Shown in pieces: positions 37,561 to 46,946 of a stretch of DNA of 64,000 bases. Below the pieces are notes generated by a model. It was not told the origin of the DNA, did not search any database, and was given only the letters and a program-made list of their open reading frames with translations. The stretch spans positions 15,495 through 79,494 of the forward strand of contig PWHR01000038.1 in assembly GCA_003554965.1 (NCBI GenBank), read 5' to 3'. A program made the position numbers and the translations under genes. Each line of letters starts with the position of its first letter. Positions within the stretch are counted from its first letter, which is position 1. This DNA is from Thermoplasmata archaeon (GTDB taxonomy: Archaea; Thermoplasmatota; Thermoplasmata; Halarchaeoplasmatales; Halarchaeoplasmataceae).

Positions 37561-38214
37561 ATGAGTACAAAGAAGAAAAAAGTCAAAAAGAGATACGAGA
37601 GATGGACACCTCTTTACGATAAGATCGACAATTTTCCATTTATTTCTAGATATCAGAAGAAATGGAAAAAGAACGCTTTAGAAGCTCTTGATCTATCTGA
37701 TGGAGATAAAGTTTTAGATATCGGAACCGGGACCGGTGAGATACTTCCATGGATAGTTGATAGGATGGAAGAAGGTGAGGTTATAGCTTCAGATATAAGT
37801 GAGGGCATGCTCGAAAGAGCGAGAGGTAGATTAAAAAAACTGGAGAATCTTCCTTTAGGAGTAGATATCAAAGTGGTGAAGGACGATATAGAATCATCAA
37901 AATTTCCAGATGATCATTTTGACAAGATGATCGCCACTTTTACTTTCACTACCGTGCCTCATCTAGAGAAAGCTGTATCGGAGTGTTCAAGGATTTTAAG
38001 GTCAGGAGGAAAGATGATAATCCTGGACACTGGAAGACCGGATTCGGTCTACGGTTATCTTTTGTTTTATCCCATGATGATATCGGCAAAAGTATTCGGG
38101 AAGACTCATATCGACAGGAACGTAAAAAATGCCTTAGCGGAGAAGTTCGAAGTACAGCCGATCCAGAAGAACATGATGGGCATGGCCTATACTTTGGAAT
38201 GTAGATCACCCTGA
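37561..38214 (+). CDS. Class I SAM-dependent methyltransferase
   Basis: VLDIGTGTG, DISEGML, RILRSGG. Confidence 0.88.
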   Translation: MSTKKKKVKKRYERWTPLYDKIDNFPFISRYQKKWKKNALEALDLSDGDKVLDIGTGTGEILPWIVDRMEEGEVIASDISEGMLERARGRLKKLENLPLGVDIKVVKDDIESSKFPDDHFDKMIATFTFTTVPHLEKAVSECSRILRSGGKMIILDTGRPDSVYGYLLFYPMMISAKVFGKTHIDRNVKNALAEKFEVQPIQKNMMGMAYTLECRSP

Positions 38215-38306
38215 TTTATGATCGTTTTTTCCATCCGTAATTAATAAGTACCATTAATGTTAATCCGTCAACAGTTGTCGATAATAACGAAAATAAAACA
38301 AGGAGT

Positions 38307-40334
38307 GTGGTAAATTTGACAAAAAATGTTGCGAGTAAGAACGAAGAGGCAGGCAAGAAGTGGGTTAAAGAGGACCCTGATAAAGAAGACGTTTATTGGC
38401 CTAGTGAAGAACTGAAGAAGAAGGCGTGGATAAGCGATCCCAAGATATACAAGAAGGCCAAAGAGGATCCTAAGAAATTCTGGGCGGAGAAAGCCAAAGA
38501 GGCTTTGGACTGGTTCGAGGAGGGGGATGAGATATATGAAGAAGATCCACCCTATTTCAACTGGTTCATAGGAAGCAAGACAAATCTGGCTTACAACTGC
38601 TTGGATAGACACCTCGAGGATAGAAGGAATCAGGCCGCTATAATATGGGAGCCAGAGCCGACGGATGAGAGCAATAGGATACTCACATACCAGGAACTCT
38701 ACAGGGAAGTCAACAAGTTCGCCAATGCTCTCAAGGACCTTGGTGTCGAGAAAGGCGATGCAGTAACATTCTGGATGCCGATGATCCCCGAAACAGCGAT
38801 AGCCGCTTTAGCGTGTCAAAGGATAGGAGCATGGCATTCGATAGTGTTCACAGCATTCAGCCCTGATGCGGTCAAAGATCGTATGGATGATGCAGGTTCT
38901 GAACTCCTGATAACCGCAGACGGTTTCTACAGAGGAGGTAAGACCGCAACTCTGAAAGAAAAGATAGACCCGATACTTGAAGAACTCGGCACAGACAACT
39001 GTGTCGTCGTTAACAGGGCCGGTACAGAACCTGAGATGAAAGAAGGTAGAGATCATTATTTCGATGAGTTGATCGAAGATAAAGAAAGTTATTGTGAACC
39101 GGAAAAACTTGATGCTGAAGATACTGGTTTCCTTCTGTATACTTCAGGAACAACCGGTAAACCGAAAGGGATCAAGCATTCTGTAGGCGCTTATGCGGCC
39201 CAGGCAGCTCTGACCACAAAATGGGTCTTCGATCTTCATGAAAATGACGTGTATTTCTCGACTGCTGACATGGGATGGATAACCGGTCACAGTTATTCAC
39301 TTTATGGACCACTATTGAACGGCGGAACCACGTTGTGGTATGAGGGTTCACCGTACTATCCGAACCCAGACCGCTGGTGGGATATAATAGAAAAATACGG
39401 AGCCAACATATTCTACACAGCTCCAACAGCGATAAGGGCTTTGAGGCAGAAAGGATCGGATTGGATAGAAGATCATGACCTAAGTTCTTTGAGACTGTTG
39501 GGCTCTGTCGGAGAACCTATAGATCCGGATACCTGGAAATGGTTCTTCAATAAAGTGGGAGAAGGAAGATGTCCGATCGTAGACACTTACTGGCAGACCG
39601 AAACAGGCGGCATATTGTTGACCTCTTTGCCTGGTATAGGTCCGTTCGTGCCCGGTGTAGCCGGTCCAGCACTGCCCGGAATAACTTATGATGTGTTGGA
39701 TGCAACAGGCGAACCGGTTGACGTAAACGAGAGCGGCAAGGTCGTGCAGAAGCCCCCGTTCGGTATAGGATTGCTGCGCGGTGTTTACAAAGCCCACGAA
39801 AAGTACAAAGCAGAGTACTGGAGTGAATACGGCGACAAGATCTACTTCTCCGGAGACGGAGGAAGGAAAACAGAACATGAAGTCGGCGGTAACAGATTGA
39901 TAGAGATAACCGGAAGGATCGACGACGTTCTAGAAGTCTCTGGACACCGTCTAGGTTCTGCGGAGATAGAGGACGCTATAAGCGATCTAGATGAGATCGT
40001 AGAGGTGGCTGTAGTACCGAAACCGCACGATGTGAAAGGAGAAGTTCCCGCTGTGTTCGCACTCTTGAAATCAGATGTTGAAGTGAGCGAAGAAATCGAA
40101 GAGAAGATAGTCAACATAGTCAGGGAGAAAGTCGGTCCTGTCGCGACTCCTGGAGCTATATACTTCGTGCCGGACGTACCGAGAACCGAGAGCGGTAAAG
40201 TGATCAGAAGATTCCTGAAGGGACTTGTGAAAGACGGCGAGCTAGGAGACATGACCACTGCCAGCAATCCAGAATGTCTGAAGGAACTGGCTGAAATAAC
40301 AGAATACAACGGACCAGAAGAATTCGAGTTCTAG
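38307..40334 (+). CDS. acs: Acetyl-CoA synthetase (AMP-forming)
   Basis: YNCLDRH, LYTSGTTGKPKG, TADMGWITGHSY, DTYWQTETG, SGHRLG, SGKVIRR. Confidence 0.93.
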   Translation: MVNLTKNVASKNEEAGKKWVKEDPDKEDVYWPSEELKKKAWISDPKIYKKAKEDPKKFWAEKAKEALDWFEEGDEIYEEDPPYFNWFIGSKTNLAYNCLDRHLEDRRNQAAIIWEPEPTDESNRILTYQELYREVNKFANALKDLGVEKGDAVTFWMPMIPETAIAALACQRIGAWHSIVFTAFSPDAVKDRMDDAGSELLITADGFYRGGKTATLKEKIDPILEELGTDNCVVVNRAGTEPEMKEGRDHYFDELIEDKESYCEPEKLDAEDTGFLLYTSGTTGKPKGIKHSVGAYAAQAALTTKWVFDLHENDVYFSTADMGWITGHSYSLYGPLLNGGTTLWYEGSPYYPNPDRWWDIIEKYGANIFYTAPTAIRALRQKGSDWIEDHDLSSLRLLGSVGEPIDPDTWKWFFNKVGEGRCPIVDTYWQTETGGILLTSLPGIGPFVPGVAGPALPGITYDVLDATGEPVDVNESGKVVQKPPFGIGLLRGVYKAHEKYKAEYWSEYGDKIYFSGDGGRKTEHEVGGNRLIEITGRIDDVLEVSGHRLGSAEIEDAISDLDEIVEVAVVPKPHDVKGEVPAVFALLKSDVEVSEEIEEKIVNIVREKVGPVATPGAIYFVPDVPRTESGKVIRRFLKGLVKDGELGDMTTASNPECLKELAEITEYNGPEEFEF

Positions 40335-40372
40335 ATGGCTGAAATCCTTTAAGGTCCCCCAAACCCCTTTAT

Positions 40373-40993
40373 TTACTCTTTTTCTCTCATCTCTTTTTTC
40401 CTTTTTTGAAGCCTTTCGTACTTTTCTTCATATAGTTCCTTACAGGAAGAGCAGCAGAGATAGTGCTCCTTACCGTCCTTTTTCCACTTCACCGGTTCTC
40501 CTTTTATGGGCTTGTTGCAGTAGTAGCAGTTTATATCTAAAGGAACGTTCTCGTCCAAAGGAAGCCAAGGCACCTTCTTTTCTTCCTCTTGAACTCTCCA
40601 AAGATCTGATATCTTGACTCCTTCTTCTTCCTCTATCAATGTGGTGGCTTCGTCTACTTGGTTGAAATGATTTACAAAAAGGGTCAATAGATAGGGTCCG
40701 CCTTCCAACTTTTCTAAGGCGCGAAACCTCTTATGAGAATCTACTAATTTTCTTAATCCTTCTTCCATATCTCCTTCAATTTCGACCTTGAGATAGTATT
40801 TTTGGAACCCTATCTTACTGTGATCCAATTCTACTCGAAAACCTTCGATGATACCCATATTTTCCAACTTTTCCAGTTTTGAACTGACCGTAGGTGTGCT
40901 CACCCCGACTTTATCCGCCAAGATCCTGCGGGACTGCCTTCCCTCTTTTTGAAGTTCGATAAGCATCTTCAATTCGGTTTCGTCGAGCTTCAT
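40373..40993 (-). CDS. Lrp/AsnC-type HTH regulator with C-terminal TRASH domain (archaeal copper regulator-like)
   Basis: N-terminal HTH; CYYC...YLCCSSC; divergent from the Cu-export operon. Confidence 0.88.
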   Translation of the reverse strand: MKLDETELKMLIELQKEGRQSRRILADKVGVSTPTVSSKLEKLENMGIIEGFRVELDHSKIGFQKYYLKVEIEGDMEEGLRKLVDSHKRFRALEKLEGGPYLLTLFVNHFNQVDEATTLIEEEEGVKISDLWRVQEEEKKVPWLPLDENVPLDINCYYCNKPIKGEPVKWKKDGKEHYLCCSSCKELYEEKYERLQKRKKEMREKE

Positions 40994-41117
40994 ATATCCT
41001 TCAGGGACGTTTGGATTACTTAGATTTTTTGTTTGTAAAGATATCGGCAGATTGTTTTAACATTTGTATACCGAAAGTGCCTTTTATACCGGCAACAATG
41101 TTATAACGGTGTTAAAA

Positions 41118-41261
41118 ATGGCTGTAGATCCCGTATGTGATATGAAAGTCGACGAGGAGGATGCAGAGTTCAAGACCGAATATAAAGGTAAAAAGTACTA
41201 CTTCTGCGCTCCCGGATGCAAGACCCTATTCGAGGAGGACCCAGAAAAGTACCTCGAGTAG
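41118..41261 (+). CDS. YHS/TRASH small metallochaperone
   Basis: MAVDPVCDMKV...YYFCAPGCK..F..DPEKY. Confidence 0.9.
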   Translation: MAVDPVCDMKVDEEDAEFKTEYKGKKYYFCAPGCKTLFEEDPEKYLE

Positions 41262-41301
41262 GGTAAACCCCCTTTCCATTTGATTTATGAGGTTGATATT
41301 T

Positions 41302-43794
41302 ATGACTGAAAAAAACAAAAAGGAGAAAGAAAAGGTCCCTATCGAGGGGATGACGTGCGCCTCCTGTGCTCAGACTATAGAAGGGGCTTTAGACAAACAG
41401 GAGGGTATTGAGAAAGCTGACGTTAACCTGATGACGGAGAAAGCGAGTATAGAATTTGATCCTAAAAAAATAGATATGGATAAGATCAGCGAGACGGTTG
41501 AGAAAACAGGTTATAAAGTGGCGGAGAAAGAGGAAGAAAAAGGAGAGACCACGTTAGAAGTTACCGGTATGACTTGTGCTTCCTGTGCCGATACCGTTGA
41601 TAAAGCTCTTTCCGGAGTTGAGGGGGTTGAGAATGTCACGGTCAACATAAGTACTGAAAAAGCAAAAGTAGTATATGAACCTAATCTGGTTTCTAAAACA
41701 GATTTGATAAAGACTATAGAAGAAGTAGGATATGGAGTTGCTTCAGAAGATGAAAAAGAGACAGATGCAGAGATGAGATTGGCAAAGACCAAGCAACTCA
41801 TGATCTATGCATGGATAGGCACTGGTTTACTTTTGGCATATGAATTTTTGTTTCTTCAATTTATAGACTTACCTGATCAGACAGCGATGATCATTTCGGG
41901 TATTATAGCTACTCCAGTTGCATTGATCATAGGATGGCCCACCGTGCACTCAAAGACCTTTTCCGCATTAAAAGGCGGTAATATCAACATGGAAACCCTG
42001 ATAACTCTTGGTGTTCTCTCTGCATGGACCACCGGTATATTGGCGATCTTGATAGAAATCCCTGGTTTTTTCATGGTCTCTGCCATGATTCTGTCATTCC
42101 ATCTCATAGGACAGTACTTGGAAGATAAAGCTAAAGGAAGAGCTTCTCAAGCGATCCAAAAATTGCTGGAATTGGAAGCCGATACCGCTCGAGTCATCAG
42201 AGAGGGAGAAGAGAAGGAGATCCCTCTTGAAGAAGTGGAAGTGGGAGAGTCTATGATCGTAAAGCCCGGTGAAAAGATACCAACAGATGGTGTAGTTAAA
42301 GAAGGAAGTTCAGCTGTCGATGAGTCGATGGCTACGGGTGAGTCCGTACCCGTAGAAAAGAATGAAGGCGATGAAGTCATCGGTTCTACTATAAATCAGG
42401 ACGGCATTTTGAAAGTCGAAGCGACAAAGATCGGGAAAGATACGTTCCTATCTCAGGTAGTCGAGATGGTCGAAGACGCTCAGGCCACAAGACTTCCGGT
42501 CCAAGCCCTTGCAGATAAGGTGACTTCAAAGTTCGTTCCCGCGGTTATTTTGATCTCTTTAGCTACTATGGTCAGTTGGGTGCTTTTTACCGGTCAATTA
42601 CAGGGAGTTCTAGAATGGGCAGGTAACTTTTTGCCATGGGTAAATCCAGATTTGGGTACTCTCGGCCTTGTACTCTTTGCAGGTATAGCTGTCTTAGTTA
42701 TCTCATGTCCCTGCGCTTTGGGTTTAGCAACGCCAACTTCAGTTATGGTTGGCACCGGGAAGGGAGCGGAAAATGGGATACTTTTCAGAGAAGGCTCCGC
42801 TCTTGAGTACATACAGGATCTAGATATCATCGTGTTCGATAAAACCGGGACCTTGACTAAAGGTAAGCCGGAATTAACGGACGTTTGGCCCTCTAGATCG
42901 AATCTTTCTCAAAAGGAACTCCTTCGGAAGGCAGCTTCTATTGAGAACGCCTCAGAGCATCCGATAGCTCAGGCTGTGGTTAGAGGAGCTACAAAACAAG
43001 ATATAGAAATAACCCAGGTGAAAGATTTCGAAAATGTTAGAGGAAAAGGTGTGAAAGGAAAAGTTGACGAAGAATTAGTGATCGTCGGAACTAGGAAACT
43101 TATCGAAGAGGAATTGAACGGAAAAAAAATCCCTGACAAAGCTATGAAGAGAAGAGCTCAACTTCAGGATGAGGGTAAAACTTCGTTCTTTGTCGCGGTT
43201 GAAGGTGAAATCAAAGGAGTTATCGCCGTTGCCGACGAGTTGAAGGAGGGCGCCAAAGAAGCGATACATCAGATAAAAGAGTTCGGTATCAAGACCGCCA
43301 TCTTGACCGGCGATAATCAGAGAGTCGGGGAAGCGATAGCATCCCAAGTTGGTATAGAAGAAGTCGAAGCTGACGTTCTTCCTGACAGGAAAGCCGAGAG
43401 GATAAAAGAGTTACAGAAAAGAGGCGGAAGGAACAAGATTGCTATGGTCGGTGACGGTATCAACGACGCTCCCGCACTAACCCAAGCAGATATCGGCTTT
43501 GCCATAGGGACAGGGACCGATATAGCGATAGAGTCGGGCGATGTGACCCTTGTAAGAGGTGAACTGGAAACCATAGCTCAGGCCTTCAAATTGTCCAAAG
43601 CGACCATGAAGAACATAAAACAGAACTTATTCTGGGCCTTCGGTTACAACTCTGCAGCGATCCCTGCTGCTGCGTTAGGATTTTTGCACCCAGCTATAGC
43701 AGCCGGAGCGATGGCCATGTCATCGGTGACCGTCGTGTCAAACGCATTGAGGCTGAAAAAAGTTGACATCGGAACGGAGGAGGATAAAAGATGA
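41302..43794 (+). CDS. copA: Cu(I)-transporting P1B-type ATPase
   Basis: Two GMTCASC HMA domains, TGES, CPC, DKTGT, SEHP, GDGIND, YN and MAMSS. Confidence 0.96.
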   Translation: MTEKNKKEKEKVPIEGMTCASCAQTIEGALDKQEGIEKADVNLMTEKASIEFDPKKIDMDKISETVEKTGYKVAEKEEEKGETTLEVTGMTCASCADTVDKALSGVEGVENVTVNISTEKAKVVYEPNLVSKTDLIKTIEEVGYGVASEDEKETDAEMRLAKTKQLMIYAWIGTGLLLAYEFLFLQFIDLPDQTAMIISGIIATPVALIIGWPTVHSKTFSALKGGNINMETLITLGVLSAWTTGILAILIEIPGFFMVSAMILSFHLIGQYLEDKAKGRASQAIQKLLELEADTARVIREGEEKEIPLEEVEVGESMIVKPGEKIPTDGVVKEGSSAVDESMATGESVPVEKNEGDEVIGSTINQDGILKVEATKIGKDTFLSQVVEMVEDAQATRLPVQALADKVTSKFVPAVILISLATMVSWVLFTGQLQGVLEWAGNFLPWVNPDLGTLGLVLFAGIAVLVISCPCALGLATPTSVMVGTGKGAENGILFREGSALEYIQDLDIIVFDKTGTLTKGKPELTDVWPSRSNLSQKELLRKAASIENASEHPIAQAVVRGATKQDIEITQVKDFENVRGKGVKGKVDEELVIVGTRKLIEEELNGKKIPDKAMKRRAQLQDEGKTSFFVAVEGEIKGVIAVADELKEGAKEAIHQIKEFGIKTAILTGDNQRVGEAIASQVGIEEVEADVLPDRKAERIKELQKRGGRNKIAMVGDGINDAPALTQADIGFAIGTGTDIAIESGDVTLVRGELETIAQAFKLSKATMKNIKQNLFWAFGYNSAAIPAAALGFLHPAIAAGAMAMSSVTVVSNALRLKKVDIGTEEDKR

Positions 43795-44174
43795 TCGAGG
43801 AAACGCTTTCTTCTGCAGCATCGATCTGTTTGAACGCCAACGGTAATCACCATATGGACGGCTGGTCCATGATGGGGGGATGGTGGTTCATATGGCCGAT
43901 AATCTGGATAGCGATAGCCTTAGTCATTGGTCTTTTGGTCTACAGAGATGCAGAGAAAAGAGGCATGAACGGACTTCTATGGTTCATACTTGTCCTGCTC
44001 CCGATGGTCGGCTTACTGTTCCTGGTTATCTACATAGTACTTAGGGAAGAGAAAAGAACGGTCTCAAGGAGGAGAACGGAAAAGAGCGCAGGGAAGATAC
44101 TTGACGAGAGGTATGCGAGAGGAGAGATATCTGATGGAGAATATAAAAGGAAAAAGAAGGAGATTAGAAAATAG
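43791..44174 (+). CDS. Membrane protein with C-terminal SHOCT domain
   Basis: HHM..MMGG N-terminus, [21 protein letters not shown]. Confidence 0.8.
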   Translation: MIEETLSSAASICLNANGNHHMDGWSMMGGWWFIWPIIWIAIALVIGLLVYRDAEKRGMNGLLWFILVLLPMVGLLFLVIYIVLREEKRTVSRRRTEKSAGKILDERYARGEISDGEYKRKKKEIRK

Positions 44175-44224
44175 AAGATGAGAAGCAACCAACAAATATA
44201 TATAGCCTATAACGGTGTTATAGG

Positions 44225-44521
44225 ATGATGTCAAAGAACAGAAAACTGCTTGCAGGAACGATCGCCCTGGTACTGGTCATAAGTTTATTTGTGGGAACCA
44301 GCTTAATAATGGCCCAAGAGAGTGACGAACTCTCCAACGGTGAAGAGCCTGGTGAGTATGAGGAACCATGGTATTGTCATGATCAAGAGGAACATGAGGA
44401 CCATTATGAGGATCATCATGAGGATGATGATCACCACCATGGAGGAAGACACCATCACGAAGACGGTTCCTTTGGTGGAGGGTTCACCCGTATGATAAGA
44501 CGGATGTTCCCTGGTCATTAA
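44225..44521 (+). CDS. Secreted or membrane-anchored His/acid-rich small protein
   Basis: Signal-like N-terminus; CHDQEEHEDHYEDHHEDDDHHHGGRHHH. Confidence 0.7.
   Translation: MMSKNRKLLAGTIALVLVISLFVGTSLIMAQESDELSNGEEPGEYEEPWYCHDQEEHEDHYEDHHEDDDHHHGGRHHHEDGSFGGGFTRMIRRMFPGH
44393..44428 (+). repeat. Three imperfect 12-nt tandem repeats encoding HEDH/YEDH/HEDD
   Basis: CATGAGGACCAT TATGAGGATCAT CATGAGGATGAT. Confidence 0.7.
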
Positions 44522-44610
44522 AGAACGAAGTCGAACCGATAGGTGCCAGTGTGATCAAAAACCTCTTCATTTTATTTATTTGCTTCTTAAATACTGGTAA
44601 GTGATGAAAT

Positions 44611-45201
44611 ATGAATTCTTTGGCCCTCAAAAACCTATCGAAAAAAAGGAATCAGATCATCGTAGTCTTGTTCGTGCTATCCCTTGTCTATACTTTGAGC
44701 ATTTTCATAGCTCCCTTGACTCTTGAATCTGGTACTGTCTCTGAAATAAATGGAAGCGCCAATCAGGTTGTCAATGAGGAAAAGTGGGAAGAACTAACGT
44801 TTTACCATCGAAAGGTGTATTACTTCGGTGATTTGAACTGCCACCAGATGAGTTCCCGTTCTTATCACATCAATGATAACCAGATGCCCATAGCCGGTAG
44901 ATCGACGGGCATATTCATGGGATTGACAGCGGGCTTTTTTACCATGTCTTTCGCGGAAAGTGCTGGAGATTTCAAACATACTTTGCTCGGTCTGCTAGAT
45001 GCGGATCCGGATCTCTCCGAAAATAAAGAATGGCTTCTGCTCTTTCTTTTCGGTTCTTTGTTCGCTCTCCCTATGATCTTGGACGGCGGTCTTCAGTTCA
45101 TAATCGACTACCACAGCTTCAACGAATTCAGGACCTTCACAGGAATTTTGTTTGGCATAGGATTCTCAAGTTTTATATCCTCGATGATCATATCTTCATG
45201 A
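44611..45201 (+). CDS. DUF2085-family membrane protein
   Basis: GDLNCHQ...RS......QMP...R..GI, PMILDG..Q, RTFTG. Confidence 0.8.
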   Translation: MNSLALKNLSKKRNQIIVVLFVLSLVYTLSIFIAPLTLESGTVSEINGSANQVVNEEKWEELTFYHRKVYYFGDLNCHQMSSRSYHINDNQMPIAGRSTGIFMGLTAGFFTMSFAESAGDFKHTLLGLLDADPDLSENKEWLLLFLFGSLFALPMILDGGLQFIIDYHSFNEFRTFTGILFGIGFSSFISSMIISS

Positions 45202-45211
45202 GGGGAGTAAA

Positions 45212-45820
45212 TTGTTTGAATCGAAAAATTCAGAAAAGAACATCTTCAATCTGCTAGCGCCATGGTACGATAGATTCAGAAAGATCGTTGAATCAGGTGA
45301 GATTGTAGAGATAAGTCAAGAGATAGAGAAAATCGAAAGAAGCAATGATAGAACTCTGAAGATACTAGATGTAGGGGGAGGAACAGGAAATCATTGGCGA
45401 GAAAAAGTCAGTGATGGAAAGGATTTTTACTTACTTGATGAGAACAGGTCCATGTTGAGTCACTCCGAAGAAGAAATAAGGGCCATCCAGGGCGATGCAC
45501 AAAGTACACCTTTCAAAGAGAAGACATTTGACGTTGTTCTGTGTGTTGACGCCTTACATCATTTTGATGATAGACTTGGCAGCTTGGAAGAGATGGACAG
45601 AATGTTAAAACCAAAAGGTAAAATAATATTTGTCGATTTCGATCCAGAAAATATCTTAACTAGAGGTATCTCTTTGATCGAACGATCATTTGGCGAACCC
45701 GGTACTTTTATTCCTCTCCATAGTCTAAAAAATTTTTTCGAGAAAAAAGGTTACAGTTCTAAGTTGAAAAGGTTGAATTCCTATATGTATCTCTTTACTT
45801 TCCAAAAAAATGATGCCTAG
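45212..45820 (+). CDS. Class I SAM-dependent methyltransferase
   Basis: ILDVGGGTG, GDA, DALHHF, LKPKG. Confidence 0.88.
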   Translation: MFESKNSEKNIFNLLAPWYDRFRKIVESGEIVEISQEIEKIERSNDRTLKILDVGGGTGNHWREKVSDGKDFYLLDENRSMLSHSEEEIRAIQGDAQSTPFKEKTFDVVLCVDALHHFDDRLGSLEEMDRMLKPKGKIIFVDFDPENILTRGISLIERSFGEPGTFIPLHSLKNFFEKKGYSSKLKRLNSYMYLFTFQKNDA

Positions 45821-45858
45821 GCGTATCTTCCTAAAAACATTTAAATACTCCTCCATTT

Positions 45859-45872
45859 TTAGGTATGCCTAA
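45859..45872. promoter_or_regulatory. DtxR/IdeR-type operator TTAGG-TATG-CCTAA upstream of the iron ABC operon
   Basis: TTAGG-N4-CCTAA palindrome between a TATA-like TTTAAATA (~45840) and the ATG at 45890. Confidence 0.75.
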
Positions 45873-45889
45873 CATAACGGTGTGATAAG

Positions 45890-46945
45890 ATGAGCGGATT
45901 GAAGAAGAGAAACGGTCGAGATGAAGAAGGGGGCCAAGTACTTTGGACACTTTTGATGATAGGCGTGGTGTTCCTCATTTCGTCCGTATTCTATCTGTAC
46001 GTATTGGAAGGATCGAGCGATGACACCTTGGTCCTCTATTCAGGTCGGAGCAGAGAATTGATCAGTGATGTGGTCGACGAGTTCGAAGAAGAAACGGGTA
46101 TCGATGTTGAGATACAATACGGCTCGACGACGGAGATTGCGAGTACTCTTTTAGAAGAAGGAGAAGACAGTCCGGCAGATGTTTTCTATGCACAAGATCC
46201 TGGTGGTATAGGCTCGGTTCAACATATGTTGCGTACTCTTCCTCAAGAGCTTTTAGAACAGGCACCTGAAGAATTCCATTCAGCCCAGGATGACTGGGTT
46301 GGGATCTCTGGAAGAGCACGTGTTGTGGTCTACAATACTGAGGAACTGAAAGAAGAAGAACTTCCCGACGACATGTGGGCCTTTACCGAAAGTGAATGGG
46401 AAGGTCGTATTGGATGGGCACCCAGCAATCCTTCATTTCAGACTATGGTCACAGCGATGAGAGCCGAATGGGGTGAAGAAGAGACGGAAGACTGGTTAGA
46501 AGCTATCCAAGAGAACGATCCAGTAGAATATACCAGGAACACACCGACTGTACAGGCGGTTGCTGACGGTGAGGTCGATGTCGGATTCGTGAATCATTAT
46601 TACCTTTATCGATTCCTAGAGGAAGAAGGGGAGGAGTTTCCAGCTCGGAATTACTATCCAGATAGCGGAGGACCAGGGACCACTATGATGATCTCTGGAG
46701 CCGGTATACTAGAGTCCTCAGATAACGAACATAATGCTGAACGCTTTTTAGAATTCCTGCTTTCAGAAAATGCTCAAGAATACTTTGCTGAAGAGACTTT
46801 CGAATATCCTGTTAGAGAAGGGATCGAGACTTATGAAATACTGCCCGATCCGGCCGAGATAGATTTTCCCGATATCACCATGGAAGAGATGGACGATCTG
46901 GAAGGAACTTTAGATATGCTTCGCAGCATCGGAGTGATATCTTGA
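45890..46945 (+). CDS. Fe(III) ABC transporter substrate-binding protein (FbpA/FutA-like)
   Basis: LYSGR, EEG..SPADVF, SGRARV, VNHYY iron-ligand Tyr pair. Confidence 0.9.
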   Translation: MSGLKKRNGRDEEGGQVLWTLLMIGVVFLISSVFYLYVLEGSSDDTLVLYSGRSRELISDVVDEFEEETGIDVEIQYGSTTEIASTLLEEGEDSPADVFYAQDPGGIGSVQHMLRTLPQELLEQAPEEFHSAQDDWVGISGRARVVVYNTEELKEEELPDDMWAFTESEWEGRIGWAPSNPSFQTMVTAMRAEWGEEETEDWLEAIQENDPVEYTRNTPTVQAVADGEVDVGFVNHYYLYRFLEEEGEEFPARNYYPDSGGPGTTMMISGAGILESSDNEHNAERFLEFLLSENAQEYFAEETFEYPVREGIETYEILPDPAEIDFPDITMEEMDDLEGTLDMLRSIGVIS

Positions 46946-46946
46946 G

